Part shown: in pieces, positions 42,701-52,971 of the stretch
Layout of the letters: each line of letters opens with the position of its first letter
Position numbering within the stretch: the first letter of the stretch is position 1
Source: Escherichia phage E26
Length of the DNA stretch: 64,000 nt
Reading direction: 5' to 3' (one strand)
Sequence record: MN655998.1
Notes under the pieces: model-generated
The model's database searches: none
What the model was told of the DNA's origin: nothing
What the model saw: the letters and a program-made list of their open reading frames with translations, nothing else
Translations under genes and position numbers: made by a program

Positions 42701-43787
42701 TGTCTCAATAAAACTTTATCAGGATTATGAGGCGTTTCTAAATCATCGCTTTATAGAGTTGGGTGCTACCTTTGTTACAATGACTCTGCGTGATTCGATC
42801 CGTGGGGTCAATGAAGGATTGTTGCAATTCTATGATAATAAAGCGATGCATACAAAATTAAACGGACGAGAGATTATTCAGATTTCGCTATCCACTGCCA
42901 ACACAGATGAAGTGTTCAACCGAATCTATGGGATCTCTCATAGTAATGTAACTATTGACCAAAAATCTGACAACATTTTAACATTCCAGTTAAAGAGCTA
43001 TCACGAAACACTAAACCTTAAATTTTCTCGCGCATTGACAAATAACGCTGTTAATAACGTAACCAGTATGATTGATGCCATCTATAAGGAAGTTCCTTTA
43101 TGGAAACCTACTATAAAGGGCGATAACGTTGTTATTCCTCGTTGCCCGTGGGTTAGTACCATAAATGACTATATGGATTTTGTTAGGGCATACGGGCAAA
43201 GCGTAGAAACCGAGTCTTTCGTGTATTGCTGGGAAGATTTTGATGGTATAACGATCGCTGGACACGATACAATATTAAAAAATGAGCCAATACCAGCTAT
43301 AATCTGTGAGCCTAGACTCATGGGGCAATTTATTGATATGTCGCCTAATCTGATGGTTTTTAATTTCGAGTGGCAGACTAAGAGCAATGCTAAAGTTAAA
43401 AATTCATTTAGCAATGTGACATACACAACTATTGATTTTGTTACTAAGCAGTATAATAAAATTGTTGTTGGTAATGGGGATAATATTGCACACTTTGCTC
43501 ATGGTGGCGCTTATGGTAATTTAACTTATAAGAATGCGTTTTTGGAAGGTTCTAAACTTGCCATAATAGAACAATATGATTCATATGCTACCGCCGTGTG
43601 TCACGGTAATTTTTCGTTGCGCCCCGGTATGGTTATTCGATTCTTTGATGAGAAACAACAAGCACGCAATGATTTTATTGTTGACGAAGTTGTGCATGAA
43701 ATTAGCCGAGAGCAATCATTAACTCACCTGTATATGATCGGTAACAGCGAAGAATTACAGGAAGTAAAATTTGAAGGTAAGATATAA
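42678..43787 (+). CDS. 27: baseplate hub protein gp27
   Basis: 369 aa; N-terminus and SLTHLYMIGN motif resemble T4 gp27. Confidence 0.88.
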   Translation: MQRTGFPNVSIKLYQDYEAFLNHRFIELGATFVTMTLRDSIRGVNEGLLQFYDNKAMHTKLNGREIIQISLSTANTDEVFNRIYGISHSNVTIDQKSDNILTFQLKSYHETLNLKFSRALTNNAVNNVTSMIDAIYKEVPLWKPTIKGDNVVIPRCPWVSTINDYMDFVRAYGQSVETESFVYCWEDFDGITIAGHDTILKNEPIPAIICEPRLMGQFIDMSPNLMVFNFEWQTKSNAKVKNSFSNVTYTTIDFVTKQYNKIVVGNGDNIAHFAHGGAYGNLTYKNAFLEGSKLAIIEQYDSYATAVCHGNFSLRPGMVIRFFDEKQQARNDFIVDEVVHEISREQSLTHLYMIGNSEELQEVKFEGKI

Positions 43788-44305
43788 TGACAGAAACTAA
43801 ACCTATGTTAAAATTTGTTGTTCCTGTAAAAAAATTAGAGATAAACGGGAAACATATTAAGATCCCAAAAATGGGGATTAAGCAACATCGATTATTAAAA
43901 GATGTTCGTAGCTGTGATGAAACATTAAAGATTCTTCTTGATTCAATCTGTCCTGGGTTAAACGCTGCCGAGTCTGAATTGGTTATGCTTAACCTTTGTG
44001 CGTTTAATGGTAAGTGTCTGGAAGAAAAAGATGGTCTTAAGCTGTCTGATGTGTATATTTGTACAGAGACCGAATTTACTTTAAATGGTAAAGTCTTTAA
44101 ATTTAAAAATCCAATGTATACTTCTGACCCCATTATCGATGACGCTGATTTCTTGAGTCATCATTATCACGATCCTAGCGTAGACTTCCATGATTTCCCA
44201 GCTTTTATTATGGATTGGGCTACAGGATTAAGAAAAACTATTGCACTGGATACACCGGAAGGTACTATCTATGGTGGAATTAACATATTGGATCGCCTAT
44301 CATGA
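43787..44305 (+). CDS. 28: baseplate hub distal protein gp28
   Basis: 172 aa between gp27 and gp29. Confidence 0.75.
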   Translation: MTETKPMLKFVVPVKKLEINGKHIKIPKMGIKQHRLLKDVRSCDETLKILLDSICPGLNAAESELVMLNLCAFNGKCLEEKDGLKLSDVYICTETEFTLNGKVFKFKNPMYTSDPIIDDADFLSHHYHDPSVDFHDFPAFIMDWATGLRKTIALDTPEGTIYGGINILDRLS

Positions 44306-46035
44306 ATGACGCATTAACATCATTTCGCGGGATGCGCAAGGAAGCGGAAGAAAACCCGATTGATAAACTTAACAAATTAGATAAACTTGATTCTATTGAT
44401 AATTTGCAAGCCGCTACCGAATTGGTGGCAGAGACAGTAGAACAAAAATCTAATGAAGTTGTTGGTGCGGTAGAGGATAACACCGCAGCCAATGAATTGA
44501 CGGCAGAGAATACCCAATCTACCGCTGGCAATACCCAAAAAACTTATGAAGAATTGCAAAAACTCAATAATTTCTCTTCTCAGATGAATGAGAAATTACG
44601 TGGTTTTGGTGTTATGATGGAACGTAGATTTGGTGTTGTCAGTAAAATGGCTAGCGGTATTGGTGCGATTGAAGAAGCACTGAAAAAACCGGAACAACCG
44701 CAAACAATGCCATCACCTCAGCCAGTTTTGCCTACTGTACCGGAACAGCCTAATAATGACAACTATCAAGGTCTTCCAAAGAAAAAACCAGATGTTGAGG
44801 AACGGAAGAAAAAGAACGCCGCAGATAAGCGTAATGCGGATTCTATGGAAAATCTTCTTAAAGTTGTTCGTGGAGGATTTAAAGAAACCATAGGCATCTC
44901 TAATAAGGTCTTAGGGATGTTATTTAAGATCACCTTGACCGCTATGGCAGAAGCCGCAAAATGGGGCGCTATTTTGATGGGTATTGTTTTTGCCATCGAT
45001 ACCCTTATGATTCATTTCAGATATTGGAGTGATTTATTCGAAACACAATTCGATGAATTTATGGATAAGGCCGGAGAATGGGCTGGACCAATTAGTGATA
45101 TTCTAACAACTATTCGTCAAGTTCGAGATTATTGGTCTAAAGGTGAATATGGAGAATTAATTAAATCGCTGGTTATGGGTATTGGTGATGCATTCTATAA
45201 AACCTTTATCCAACTTGATCGAATTATCACTACTGGTATTGCTAAAATTCTTCGCATGATCCCTGGTATGGGTGATTATGCCGATAAGTTAGAATATGGT
45301 GCTTTAAAATCTGCTGTCGCTCAAGGCTATACGCCAAATGAAAGAGAACTCGAATTAATGGATAAGGTCGAGTCTGAACACGAAGAGGACAAATACGGGG
45401 AGCGCACAGGGTGGACCGGAAAAGCCCGTGATATTGGCGAAGCTATTGGGGATTCTATTAAGGATAAAGTTAACGAAGGTCTTGTTAGTCTGGGTTGGAG
45501 AGATCAAAAGGATGTTGACGCAGAGAAACGACAAGAAGAGTTAAAGCGCGGGGAATACAAGTCTGTTTCTGCTGAACAACGATCTGCTAGTCGTAAACTT
45601 AAAATTAAAAGCGAGGGAGCGATCAATAATATTAATGAAGTTATGGAGAATTTGAGCGGTGACTATGACAAAGAAAGAATGGGAGAGTTGAAAAAGGATA
45701 TTGATGTTTACCGTGAGAAAGTTCAAGATCCTACATTAGTTGAAAGTGATCGTTCTCAGTTAGAGCGTCTTATTGAAAAATTTGATGAGATGTATGCTGA
45801 TAAAACTAAGGGTGTTGTGCAAACACAGCCAGTTCCGGCAACTGAAACGGAAACAGCAAAACAAGCGGAGCGTACTGAACAAATGCAGAAACAAGCTGCA
45901 ATCCAGCAACAAACGACAAATCAGACCTCAAACGTAAATAATACACAAATTGTAACAAACAATAGAACTATTAAACAGGGTGCACCAACAACTAGAATTG
46001 ATGCCCCCGGTACAATTAATATGGGGAACTTTTAA
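44302..46035 (+). CDS. 29: baseplate hub / tail length determinator gp29
   Basis: 577 aa; size and position as T4 gp29 (590 aa). Confidence 0.85.
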   Translation: MNDALTSFRGMRKEAEENPIDKLNKLDKLDSIDNLQAATELVAETVEQKSNEVVGAVEDNTAANELTAENTQSTAGNTQKTYEELQKLNNFSSQMNEKLRGFGVMMERRFGVVSKMASGIGAIEEALKKPEQPQTMPSPQPVLPTVPEQPNNDNYQGLPKKKPDVEERKKKNAADKRNADSMENLLKVVRGGFKETIGISNKVLGMLFKITLTAMAEAAKWGAILMGIVFAIDTLMIHFRYWSDLFETQFDEFMDKAGEWAGPISDILTTIRQVRDYWSKGEYGELIKSLVMGIGDAFYKTFIQLDRIITTGIAKILRMIPGMGDYADKLEYGALKSAVAQGYTPNERELELMDKVESEHEEDKYGERTGWTGKARDIGEAIGDSIKDKVNEGLVSLGWRDQKDVDAEKRQEELKRGEYKSVSAEQRSASRKLKIKSEGAINNINEVMENLSGDYDKERMGELKKDIDVYREKVQDPTLVESDRSQLERLIEKFDEMYADKTKGVVQTQPVPATETETAKQAERTEQMQKQAAIQQQTTNQTSNVNNTQIVTNNRTIKQGAPTTRIDAPGTINMGNF

Positions 46036-47093
46036 TGAAAATTAGTGTTATCAATGATGCCGTTGATAGCTTTAAAGCGGGGGTTAAAACCTCCGCTGGT
46101 TTTACCTCAAAAAATAAAGGGAAAACATTAACCGCTCAATTCCCCGCTGAACGTGCTAGCGGTAATGATGCTAGCGGTTATTATATCAACGACTTATATA
46201 ATAATGGTCTGTTATTCACTGCATACGATTATACATCTCGTACTACTGGATCGTTGCGTGATTTCAGGAAAAAGAAAAATGTTGCTAGCGGTTTTGGCGG
46301 TAGCGTTAATATCGCTGGTTTTGATTTAAATTTGGGTGGGAGAAATGCTGCATTTGACCGAGAGGCAATTGCTAATATTCTTCTTCCTCGTAGTCAATCT
46401 GACGTTGACGCTGCTAGCCATAAGTTTAATGATGTTGGTGAATCTGTCATTTCTCGCGGCGGTGGTACTTTAGGCGGTGCTCTTTCTAATATGGCATCTA
46501 CTGCCGTTTTTGGTGGTATCGAAAGTATTACTGGTGGATACCTTGCCGATCACGGTGAACAGATTTATAATACTGCGCGAAGCATGTATGCGGGTGCTGA
46601 CGCACGAACTAAAAACTACGTATGGCATCTAACCCCACGTAGTATTGAAGACCTTCGCAATATTCTGATCATATACGAAACGTTTTTAGAATTGTCTTAT
46701 GGTTCTAGTGGTATTTCCAGCACCGCAAAAGAATTAAAAGCGGAAGTTGATGCGTGGTATAAAAATACACTATTGAGAAAATCCACCCCAGAGGAAGCGA
46801 AGAGAAATGATACTCTGTTTGAAGGGATCACCGATTTTCTATCAAACGCAATTACTGTATCTAACCCGACAATATGGATGATCTCTAACTTCGGTAAGCG
46901 TACATCGTTTGAAGGGCGTAGCGATGTATTTGGTCCCGCTCAGATCTCAAGTGTACGTCTGGACAAGTCGCCTGATGGTAAGTTTAATGGCCTTGCTATT
47001 TCTCCTAACTTGCCGAGTACCTTTGTTCTGGAAGTATCATTTAGAGAGATCTTGACACTTTCCCGTGGTACTATATTTGGGAGTGCGGCATAA
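46035..47093 (+). CDS. 48: baseplate tail tube junction protein gp48
   Basis: 352 aa; position and size as T4 gp48. Confidence 0.85.
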   Translation: MKISVINDAVDSFKAGVKTSAGFTSKNKGKTLTAQFPAERASGNDASGYYINDLYNNGLLFTAYDYTSRTTGSLRDFRKKKNVASGFGGSVNIAGFDLNLGGRNAAFDREAIANILLPRSQSDVDAASHKFNDVGESVISRGGGTLGGALSNMASTAVFGGIESITGGYLADHGEQIYNTARSMYAGADARTKNYVWHLTPRSIEDLRNILIIYETFLELSYGSSGISSTAKELKAEVDAWYKNTLLRKSTPEEAKRNDTLFEGITDFLSNAITVSNPTIWMISNFGKRTSFEGRSDVFGPAQISSVRLDKSPDGKFNGLAISPNLPSTFVLEVSFREILTLSRGTIFGSAA

Positions 47094-48025
47094 TGTTTGA
47101 TTTAAATGACTTTAACGAACAAGCCGCTAACCTTGACTTTCAGCGATCTAACTTATTCAGCGTGGCATTTGCCACCACTCCAAGTAATAAGACACAAGCG
47201 ATCCTAGAAAGTATGGGCGGTGCGGTATATGATATTATACCAAATGCATTAAATGACTATTTCGGGATTACTCGTGGTGATTATACTGACGCATTAACAA
47301 ATCTTGCTGTACAGGGTGTTAGGCGTGCTGTTGATTCATCTGGTGTCAAAAAGTATCTTTTAGGTGCAATGTCATCCCGCGTAGTTCAATCTCTTCTGGG
47401 GCAATTTGATGTTGGTACATATGCGCTTGACTGGTTCAATATGGCATATAAGACAAGCGGTCTTCTGGTGTATGCTGTTAAGGTTCCAGAAAACAGATTG
47501 AATTATGAAATGGACCGTAACCACAATGCGCCAAACATTCGAATTACCGGACGTGATTTCGATCCGCTTGTATTGAGCTTTAGAATGGACTCTAGCGCAT
47601 CAAACTATCGAGCAATGCAGGATTGGGTTAACTCAGTAGAAGACCCCGTTACAGGGCTTCGTGCGCTTCCTGTTGACGTTGAAGCAGATATTCAGGTCAA
47701 CTTACATAACCGAATGGGAGTTCCTCACACGATCATGATGTTTAATGGTTGTGTTCCTGTTGGTGTGAGTGCACCGGAATTAAACTATGAAAACAACAAC
47801 GAAATCACAACATTCGATGTTACTTTCGCATATCGTTCTATGCAAACTGGTGCTGTAGGAGAGCAAGCCGCGCGAGAATGGATTGAGGATAAGGCAATAA
47901 ACGCAATAACAAACACGTTCGGCAATAATTTACTTGATAGTGGGTTATCTGCTGCTGGTAATGCTTTATCGCGTCTAAATGGCGTTGGTGGGCGTGTGGT
48001 GAATACTGTCACTAACTGGTTCTGA
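47093..48025 (+). CDS. 54: baseplate tail tube initiator gp54
   Basis: 310 aa; tube-like C-terminal motif (TTFDVTFAYRS) as T4 gp54. Confidence 0.85.
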   Translation: MFDLNDFNEQAANLDFQRSNLFSVAFATTPSNKTQAILESMGGAVYDIIPNALNDYFGITRGDYTDALTNLAVQGVRRAVDSSGVKKYLLGAMSSRVVQSLLGQFDVGTYALDWFNMAYKTSGLLVYAVKVPENRLNYEMDRNHNAPNIRITGRDFDPLVLSFRMDSSASNYRAMQDWVNSVEDPVTGLRALPVDVEADIQVNLHNRMGVPHTIMMFNGCVPVGVSAPELNYENNNEITTFDVTFAYRSMQTGAVGEQAAREWIEDKAINAITNTFGNNLLDSGLSAAGNALSRLNGVGGRVVNTVTNWF

Positions 48026-48034
48026 TAAGCGAAA

Positions 48035-48058
48035 GGCGGGGATAATCCCCGCCTTTTT
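48035..48058 (+). terminator. rho-independent terminator after gene 54
   Basis: GGCGGGGA-TAA-TCCCCGCC followed by TTTTT. Confidence 0.7.
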
Positions 48059-48569
48059 ATTTGATTAAATCATCACATTGTTTGCGTAGTTTATAGCGAT
48101 ACTGTTTTGATTGTAGCAATTGAAGTTTTTCATAATCCCCTTCCTCATATGCAGCCGAAAGATCATCTTGATATGCTGCTTCCGTCCCGATTACACATAC
48201 TCCAAATTTTCTACGACGGTCGGCATCTTCCATTGCTTTGCGATTCATTTCTTCAATTGAATTTTCATGACCATAATAATATTCGTAAATGCGTTTCTTC
48301 TCTGCTTCTTTATCTGCCTTAATCTTTGCGATCTGTTCTGCTGATTCCGGTTGACGACCTAAACGCTGTAATGAGGCGTCTTTCTTTTCAAGGTAGTCAA
48401 TCACGCAATCTTCAACGCTATTAAATGGAAAACGTGACTCTTTCTGCCATCGTTCACATGACCGTACAAACTCGTGTGTATTCTTAGATGCAAGTGCCAG
48501 ATCATGCACAGCGCACCCATTAAGCATAGCCACTAAAGCCGCAAGACCAATCAGTTTAATCATTTTCAT
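48057..48569 (-). CDS. predicted secreted protein / lipoprotein
   Basis: 170 aa; signal peptide ending in a lipobox-like LNGC; start overlaps upstream stop (ATGA). Confidence 0.55.
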   Translation of the reverse strand: MKMIKLIGLAALVAMLNGCAVHDLALASKNTHEFVRSCERWQKESRFPFNSVEDCVIDYLEKKDASLQRLGRQPESAEQIAKIKADKEAEKKRIYEYYYGHENSIEEMNRKAMEDADRRRKFGVCVIGTEAAYQDDLSAAYEEGDYEKLQLLQSKQYRYKLRKQCDDLIK

Positions 48570-49390
48570 TTAGTCACCTCACCGAAAATTGTAAATTGTC
48601 TACGATTCTCATCACCGAAAGATTCTACTACGTCGTTTACCTTGACGCAAGTCCCGCGCGGTAAAATTACTTCACATTCGCAAGGATTCCATGCAATTGA
48701 CCCAACAACAAAACCTTTATGATCTTTTACGTCAATTACCCACGATACATTACAAGAATGTTGCATCTTTCCGGTCATGGATTCATATCGATTCTCACAA
48801 TAAAGGCTAGTGCTGTTTGATAGCCAGCCTCCAAAGATGATCGGTGTCATGCTGGTTGACACAAAGTTTTTAAAGGTAAATTCCTTATCTTCAATAATAC
48901 GCTCTATTGTCTGAATGTCAAGATGTTGACCGCGATAAAGAGTACCGTTTAACTTTTCGGTTTTATCCATGACGCAATCCATCAAATCAACAATCTCTGA
49001 TATCTCATCGGTCATGTCTTCTTCCCCTAAGAGAGCACCATTTACCCATTCGTATTGTTCAGACACATAATCACAGATTGCATTATATTCTGCTGGGGTT
49101 ATGTTGTTATGTTTGTAATGTTTGAATACATTATCTCCAAAGTCTTCGGAGTGTACTTCATACATCACATTAATGATTTTCTTGACAAATCCATAATCTT
49201 GTGTCTCACGCTCAAGGAAGCGGATAACCTTCACATAATCATCAAAGTTAATCTGATCGCTGATCATCTCAGTGATCATGTAACCATTAATCCCCTCAAT
49301 GTCATATGTTTCGATGTAATTATCCATACGTTCCATCATTGATTCGCGTGATTCTTCTGAAAGACGAAAATCCTGTAATTTCTTGAACAT
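48566..49390 (-). CDS. ADP-ribosyltransferase, short Alt paralog (Mod-like)
   Basis: 274 aa; R-S-E triad motifs LYRG, FVSTS and CECEVILPRG in the same order as in the adjacent Alt. Confidence 0.7.
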   Translation of the reverse strand: MFKKLQDFRLSEESRESMMERMDNYIETYDIEGINGYMITEMISDQINFDDYVKVIRFLERETQDYGFVKKIINVMYEVHSEDFGDNVFKHYKHNNITPAEYNAICDYVSEQYEWVNGALLGEEDMTDEISEIVDLMDCVMDKTEKLNGTLYRGQHLDIQTIERIIEDKEFTFKNFVSTSMTPIIFGGWLSNSTSLYCENRYESMTGKMQHSCNVSWVIDVKDHKGFVVGSIAWNPCECEVILPRGTCVKVNDVVESFGDENRRQFTIFGEVTK

Positions 49391-49468
49391 TTTAAGCCTC
49401 CCATATAACAGAAAACGGGGCTAGTATAAAACTAGTCCCCGTTTGAGTCAACCATTATTTCTTAAAAA

Positions 49469-51520
49469 TTACATTTTAAATTTATCTGGCATTGCGTCTA
49501 CAGATACCAGATCAGCGATAAGCTGACGTAGAGTTGCCTTATCTGCTTTCTTACGTTCGGTTTTAGCTTCGCTAATGAAGCTGGAGAAAGACAGGTCAGA
49601 AGCAGGTTTAACAACACCTTCACGGATGAATGCATCACCGTCCGCGATCATCTCGCCAGATTCTTGTAATGCTGCCAGTTCATTTTTGTTCATAATATGT
49701 GCCTCAATGTAATAAGTTTCTTGTGAATCCGTCGATGCCGTAGCACGAGTTACCGTATCAAAGGATAACACAACACCGCGAGGAAGTAAAATCTCGCATT
49801 CTTTGTAAGCAAATGCTTTGTTACCTACTGGCAAGACAGGGATGTTTTCCGCGCCAGCAATGGAGAAAGCAACATTAGCGCCACCTTCACCGCGAGAGCC
49901 AGCCATAGAATCAACACCAGCAACGGCACTAGCCACGTTTGCATTCCAGCCGCCAAAAATGTTAGGTGCAAGGGAAGTGCTCACATAGTTTTTAAAGTAA
50001 AACGCTTTTTGCTTACGTGCAGTTTCCCACATTTGCGACCGGAAGTCCATACCACGATACAGAATAGTACCCGGATCAAGTTTAACTCCATAGTTGGAGA
50101 AGGCATTATCCAGTGCATCGCACATCTTGACCAATTCTTCTGGATCTGCGATGCCTTCAAACTCTTCCAGCTTACGATCAGTTAGGAAGTTGTTCATATT
50201 GATGTATGCTGCATCGGCATATTCGCTCAATACAAAACCTTCCGCGCCAGGCAGATCAAGATCAATATCTGCCATCATTTCACCCATGTTGCTAGCAATT
50301 GCTTCAAACATACCGGAAGCAACATTACGTAGGGCATCGGTTTTAATCTGTGTGATGTGACTACGCAGCATTTCAGCTTTTACATCTGCTGGCATAGACT
50401 GGTCTACTCGATCCATTGCCAGGGCGGTGATCTTGTTTTCGAATACTTCCTCGCTCATGATTTCTTTTAAGCGTTTGATTGATGCTGCGATAACTTCCGC
50501 AGACAACGGATCATATTGATCCTGAACTTTTACCAGTTCGCTTACTGCGTATTTTGCATCGGCTTCGCTTTCAAAAATAGTACGCATGAAACCATAGCGA
50601 GTGATAATATCACTTGTCCAGTCATTCAGAGAACGGGCGGTTGAACGTTCTAAGGCTTGACGATCAATCAGAGTATTAAACTGTTTCTTAGGTTCGGCTT
50701 CGGTGATATCTTCTTCTGGTTTAAGATTAATTTTTTCTGGATGATTCACGTAGTCGCTGTTATATGTCGCTTGAGTTTTCAGCATTTCTTCTTTAGTCAA
50801 ACGAGATTTAGCCGCTACGCGTTGTTCTGCTTCCGCGTTTCGTTCTTCTTCTGACACAAGACTAGCCGCATATGCCTCATCTTTAGTCAGAGATTCACCA
50901 GTAGCCTTAGATACCCAGCGATCACCTAAATCACTTTCTACTTTAGTGAACAAGGATTCATCAAGTTTAATCCCTTTAATCTTATCAATCGCCATCCCGC
51001 GACGCTTGACAACAACTAAAGCGATCTTTTTGCTGGTCATTACTTCCTGCTGGAATACTTCAAACTTCGGTGTACGACGCACCAAACGCTCTATAACGCG
51101 CTTAACCAGTTCGGTCTTACCTTTCATGCGGGATACGTTAAAACGGAACATAACAGCGTCTAATTGCGCTTTACGGGCTGTTTCCATAACCACATCAAAA
51201 GCACTTGCCATAACTGCAATCGGGTTATCGCCTAGACCATTTTTAAGCTGTACAATACGACCGCTTTTGTTCATTTCGCACAGTACAACATGTGCGGTTT
51301 TGTCACCCATACGAATGATTTTAGGTGTTTTGTTGGTGAAGTTACAAAGACGGACAATCACATCTTTATCGCGTGTCTGTACTGCAAAAAGCTGTTTAGG
51401 ATTCTGCTTAGGCTTTAAGCACTGTACCGGAGCAATACTGCCAAAGTTTTCTTCCTCTTCCGTCAACAGCCATTTCTCGAAAGATTCAATCATTAGATCG
51501 TCGATTTCTAAGTTAAACAT
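49469..51520 (-). CDS. alt: ADP-ribosyltransferase Alt
   Basis: 683 aa; motifs LYRGMDF, YVSTSLAPNIFGG and YKECEILLPRG; size as T4 Alt (682 aa). Confidence 0.85.
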   Translation of the reverse strand: MFNLEIDDLMIESFEKWLLTEEEENFGSIAPVQCLKPKQNPKQLFAVQTRDKDVIVRLCNFTNKTPKIIRMGDKTAHVVLCEMNKSGRIVQLKNGLGDNPIAVMASAFDVVMETARKAQLDAVMFRFNVSRMKGKTELVKRVIERLVRRTPKFEVFQQEVMTSKKIALVVVKRRGMAIDKIKGIKLDESLFTKVESDLGDRWVSKATGESLTKDEAYAASLVSEEERNAEAEQRVAAKSRLTKEEMLKTQATYNSDYVNHPEKINLKPEEDITEAEPKKQFNTLIDRQALERSTARSLNDWTSDIITRYGFMRTIFESEADAKYAVSELVKVQDQYDPLSAEVIAASIKRLKEIMSEEVFENKITALAMDRVDQSMPADVKAEMLRSHITQIKTDALRNVASGMFEAIASNMGEMMADIDLDLPGAEGFVLSEYADAAYINMNNFLTDRKLEEFEGIADPEELVKMCDALDNAFSNYGVKLDPGTILYRGMDFRSQMWETARKQKAFYFKNYVSTSLAPNIFGGWNANVASAVAGVDSMAGSRGEGGANVAFSIAGAENIPVLPVGNKAFAYKECEILLPRGVVLSFDTVTRATASTDSQETYYIEAHIMNKNELAALQESGEMIADGDAFIREGVVKPASDLSFSSFISEAKTERKKADKATLRQLIADLVSVDAMPDKFKM

Positions 51521-51561
51521 TTTATATCCTCTAGTTGATAACCTATAAACCTATATTTATG

Positions 51562-51582
51562 AAAAGGGGGCTTAACGCCCCC
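51562..51582 (-). terminator. rho-independent terminator (GGGGGCGUUAAGCCCCC family)
   Basis: minus strand hairpin then UUUU, downstream of the 70-aa gene. Confidence 0.6.
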
Positions 51583-51587
51583 ATTTA

Positions 51588-51800
51588 TTATAATGCACCA
51601 TCGAGCAATTGCTCTAATGTGTATCCTGAATAGTCTTTTTCAATCAGGATATATTTTCCTACTCGTTTAATACAACCGCGCATTTCAACGTATTCTGCGT
51701 AGTTGATGGTGCGAGTTGTTCCATCTTCTAGCAAAGCAGTACCGATTTCGTTAATGCGGTCATAAGTTACGTCGGTAATGATGATTTCGATGTTAGCCAT
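51588..51800 (-). CDS. hypothetical protein (70 aa)
   Basis: ORF with conserved cassette leader and RBS. Confidence 0.55.
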   Translation of the reverse strand: MANIEIIITDVTYDRINEIGTALLEDGTTRTINYAEYVEMRGCIKRVGKYILIEKDYSGYTLEQLLDGAL

Positions 51801-51865
51801 TTGATACTCCTTAGTAGTTCGTTTCGGTATGGGTGTATTATGATATACACCCTCTGTTATGTCAA
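51801..51865 (-). promoter_or_regulatory. PeSL-like early promoter/stem-loop cassette a
   Basis: minus strand TTGACA, 17 nt, CATAAT with GGGTGTAT..ATACACCC inverted repeat, then conserved leader CCGAAACGAACTAGGAGAATCAA-ATG. Confidence 0.6.
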
Positions 51866-51871
51866 CAACTT

Positions 51872-52051
51872 TTAGAACATTTTTGAAATTAATTCTGCTT
51901 TGATTTCGCAGAGAACATCTAAAGATTTCTCGTCACCCGCTTTTGCTGCTTCTGATTGCATTTTTGAAATGGCTTCAACGTAAGTGCAATTATAAGCCGC
52001 TTGAACTTTAGCGATTGCGATGATTGCCGATTCGATGGTTAAGTGTTTCAT
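51872..52051 (-). CDS. hypothetical small protein (58 aa)
   Basis: below ORF-track cutoff; ATG preceded by the cassette leader RBS (GGAGAATCAAAC). Confidence 0.45.
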   Translation of the reverse strand: MKHLTIESAIIAIAKVQAAYNCTYVEAISKMQSEAAKAGDEKSLDVLCEIKAELISKMF

Positions 52052-52112
52052 GTTTGATTCTCCTTTCGTTTCGGTATGTGTGCATTATAGGGGATCACCG
52101 ATCCCCTGTCAA
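52052..52112 (-). promoter_or_regulatory. PeSL-like cassette b
   Basis: TTGACA, palindromic 17-bp spacer GGGGATCGGTGATCCCC (two GATC sites), TATAAT, conserved leader; -35 overlaps the end of the DUF262 gene. Confidence 0.6.
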
Positions 52113-52640
52113 CAACTTTTTTGAATTATTTTTTAATTGCTCATCTTGTAATAGAGCAATAACATGCTGGCGATGTTCTTCCGATTGAGGCACACCGAAA
52201 AAGTTTGTTTTGTAGAAATATTCTAATCGATCTTCTCGTGTGCTCTCTTCCATCATGATCGCGGGTAGTCCGAGATTTCGGAAACGTCGCTTTTCTGCTG
52301 GCGTAAAATCACTGTAATACAACATAGAATCATCATTACCAGCAATGCTAAACTCATCTTTCATAAAGGAGAATATTGCGTTTAAACGCTGTTTACCGTC
52401 CACGATTTCGATCTCATAGCGAGAGCCATCATCAATCTTAGCCATTGCGATAGCACCAACCGGAAAATCATTAATCAGGTTTTCGATAAACATACGTTTG
52501 TTTTCGGTGTCCCATACCAAAGGACGCTGATAATCTGGGTTCATGTTGATATAGCCATCTTCTAACCACGCCTCATAAACAGAGATGACAAAGTTTTTAG
52601 TATTGGTATAGTAACGGCGTTTAGGCGTTAAACGGTTCAT
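52095..52640 (-). CDS. DUF262 / ParB-like nuclease-domain protein (GmrSD N-terminal-domain-like)
   Basis: 181 aa from ATG (MNRL, AGGAGA RBS); motifs DYQRPLVW and DGKQRL; ORF-track start at 52676 is TTG. Confidence 0.6.
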   Translation of the reverse strand: MNRLTPKRRYYTNTKNFVISVYEAWLEDGYINMNPDYQRPLVWDTENKRMFIENLINDFPVGAIAMAKIDDGSRYEIEIVDGKQRLNAIFSFMKDEFSIAGNDDSMLYYSDFTPAEKRRFRNLGLPAIMMEESTREDRLEYFYKTNFFGVPQSEEHRQHVIALLQDEQLKNNSKKLLTGDR

Positions 52641-52641
52641 G

Positions 52642-52971
52642 TTATAGTCTCCTGAATGGATCATCACGTAAATCAATATCTTTTAAGAACTCATCCCATG
52701 AATGGCGGATATTGTTCTTAATTCTCCAGATAAGCGCAGGGATTGAACGCTCTCCCATCTGGAAGTAAGGATCATATGATCCATATGCCCAATATGCTAC
52801 TACAATTCCACAATCAGCGCAATAATATTCTATTTCACTTGCTGGCGACCAAAGTCCATCAATATGATCGGTGATCCTGCTTTCGATGTTATGGCTATGG
52901 CAATCAGGGCAACGGATGCAATGACCTTGTTTATCGTAATTTGACGTTAGCGAATACTTAAACAATCTCAT
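52642..52971 (-). CDS. Zn-ribbon protein
   Basis: 109 aa; CxxC..H and CxxC pairs (CIRCPDCHSH, CADCG); start overlaps upstream stop by 1 nt. Confidence 0.5.
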   Translation of the reverse strand: MRLFKYSLTSNYDKQGHCIRCPDCHSHNIESRITDHIDGLWSPASEIEYYCADCGIVVAYWAYGSYDPYFQMGERSIPALIWRIKNNIRHSWDEFLKDIDLRDDPFRRL

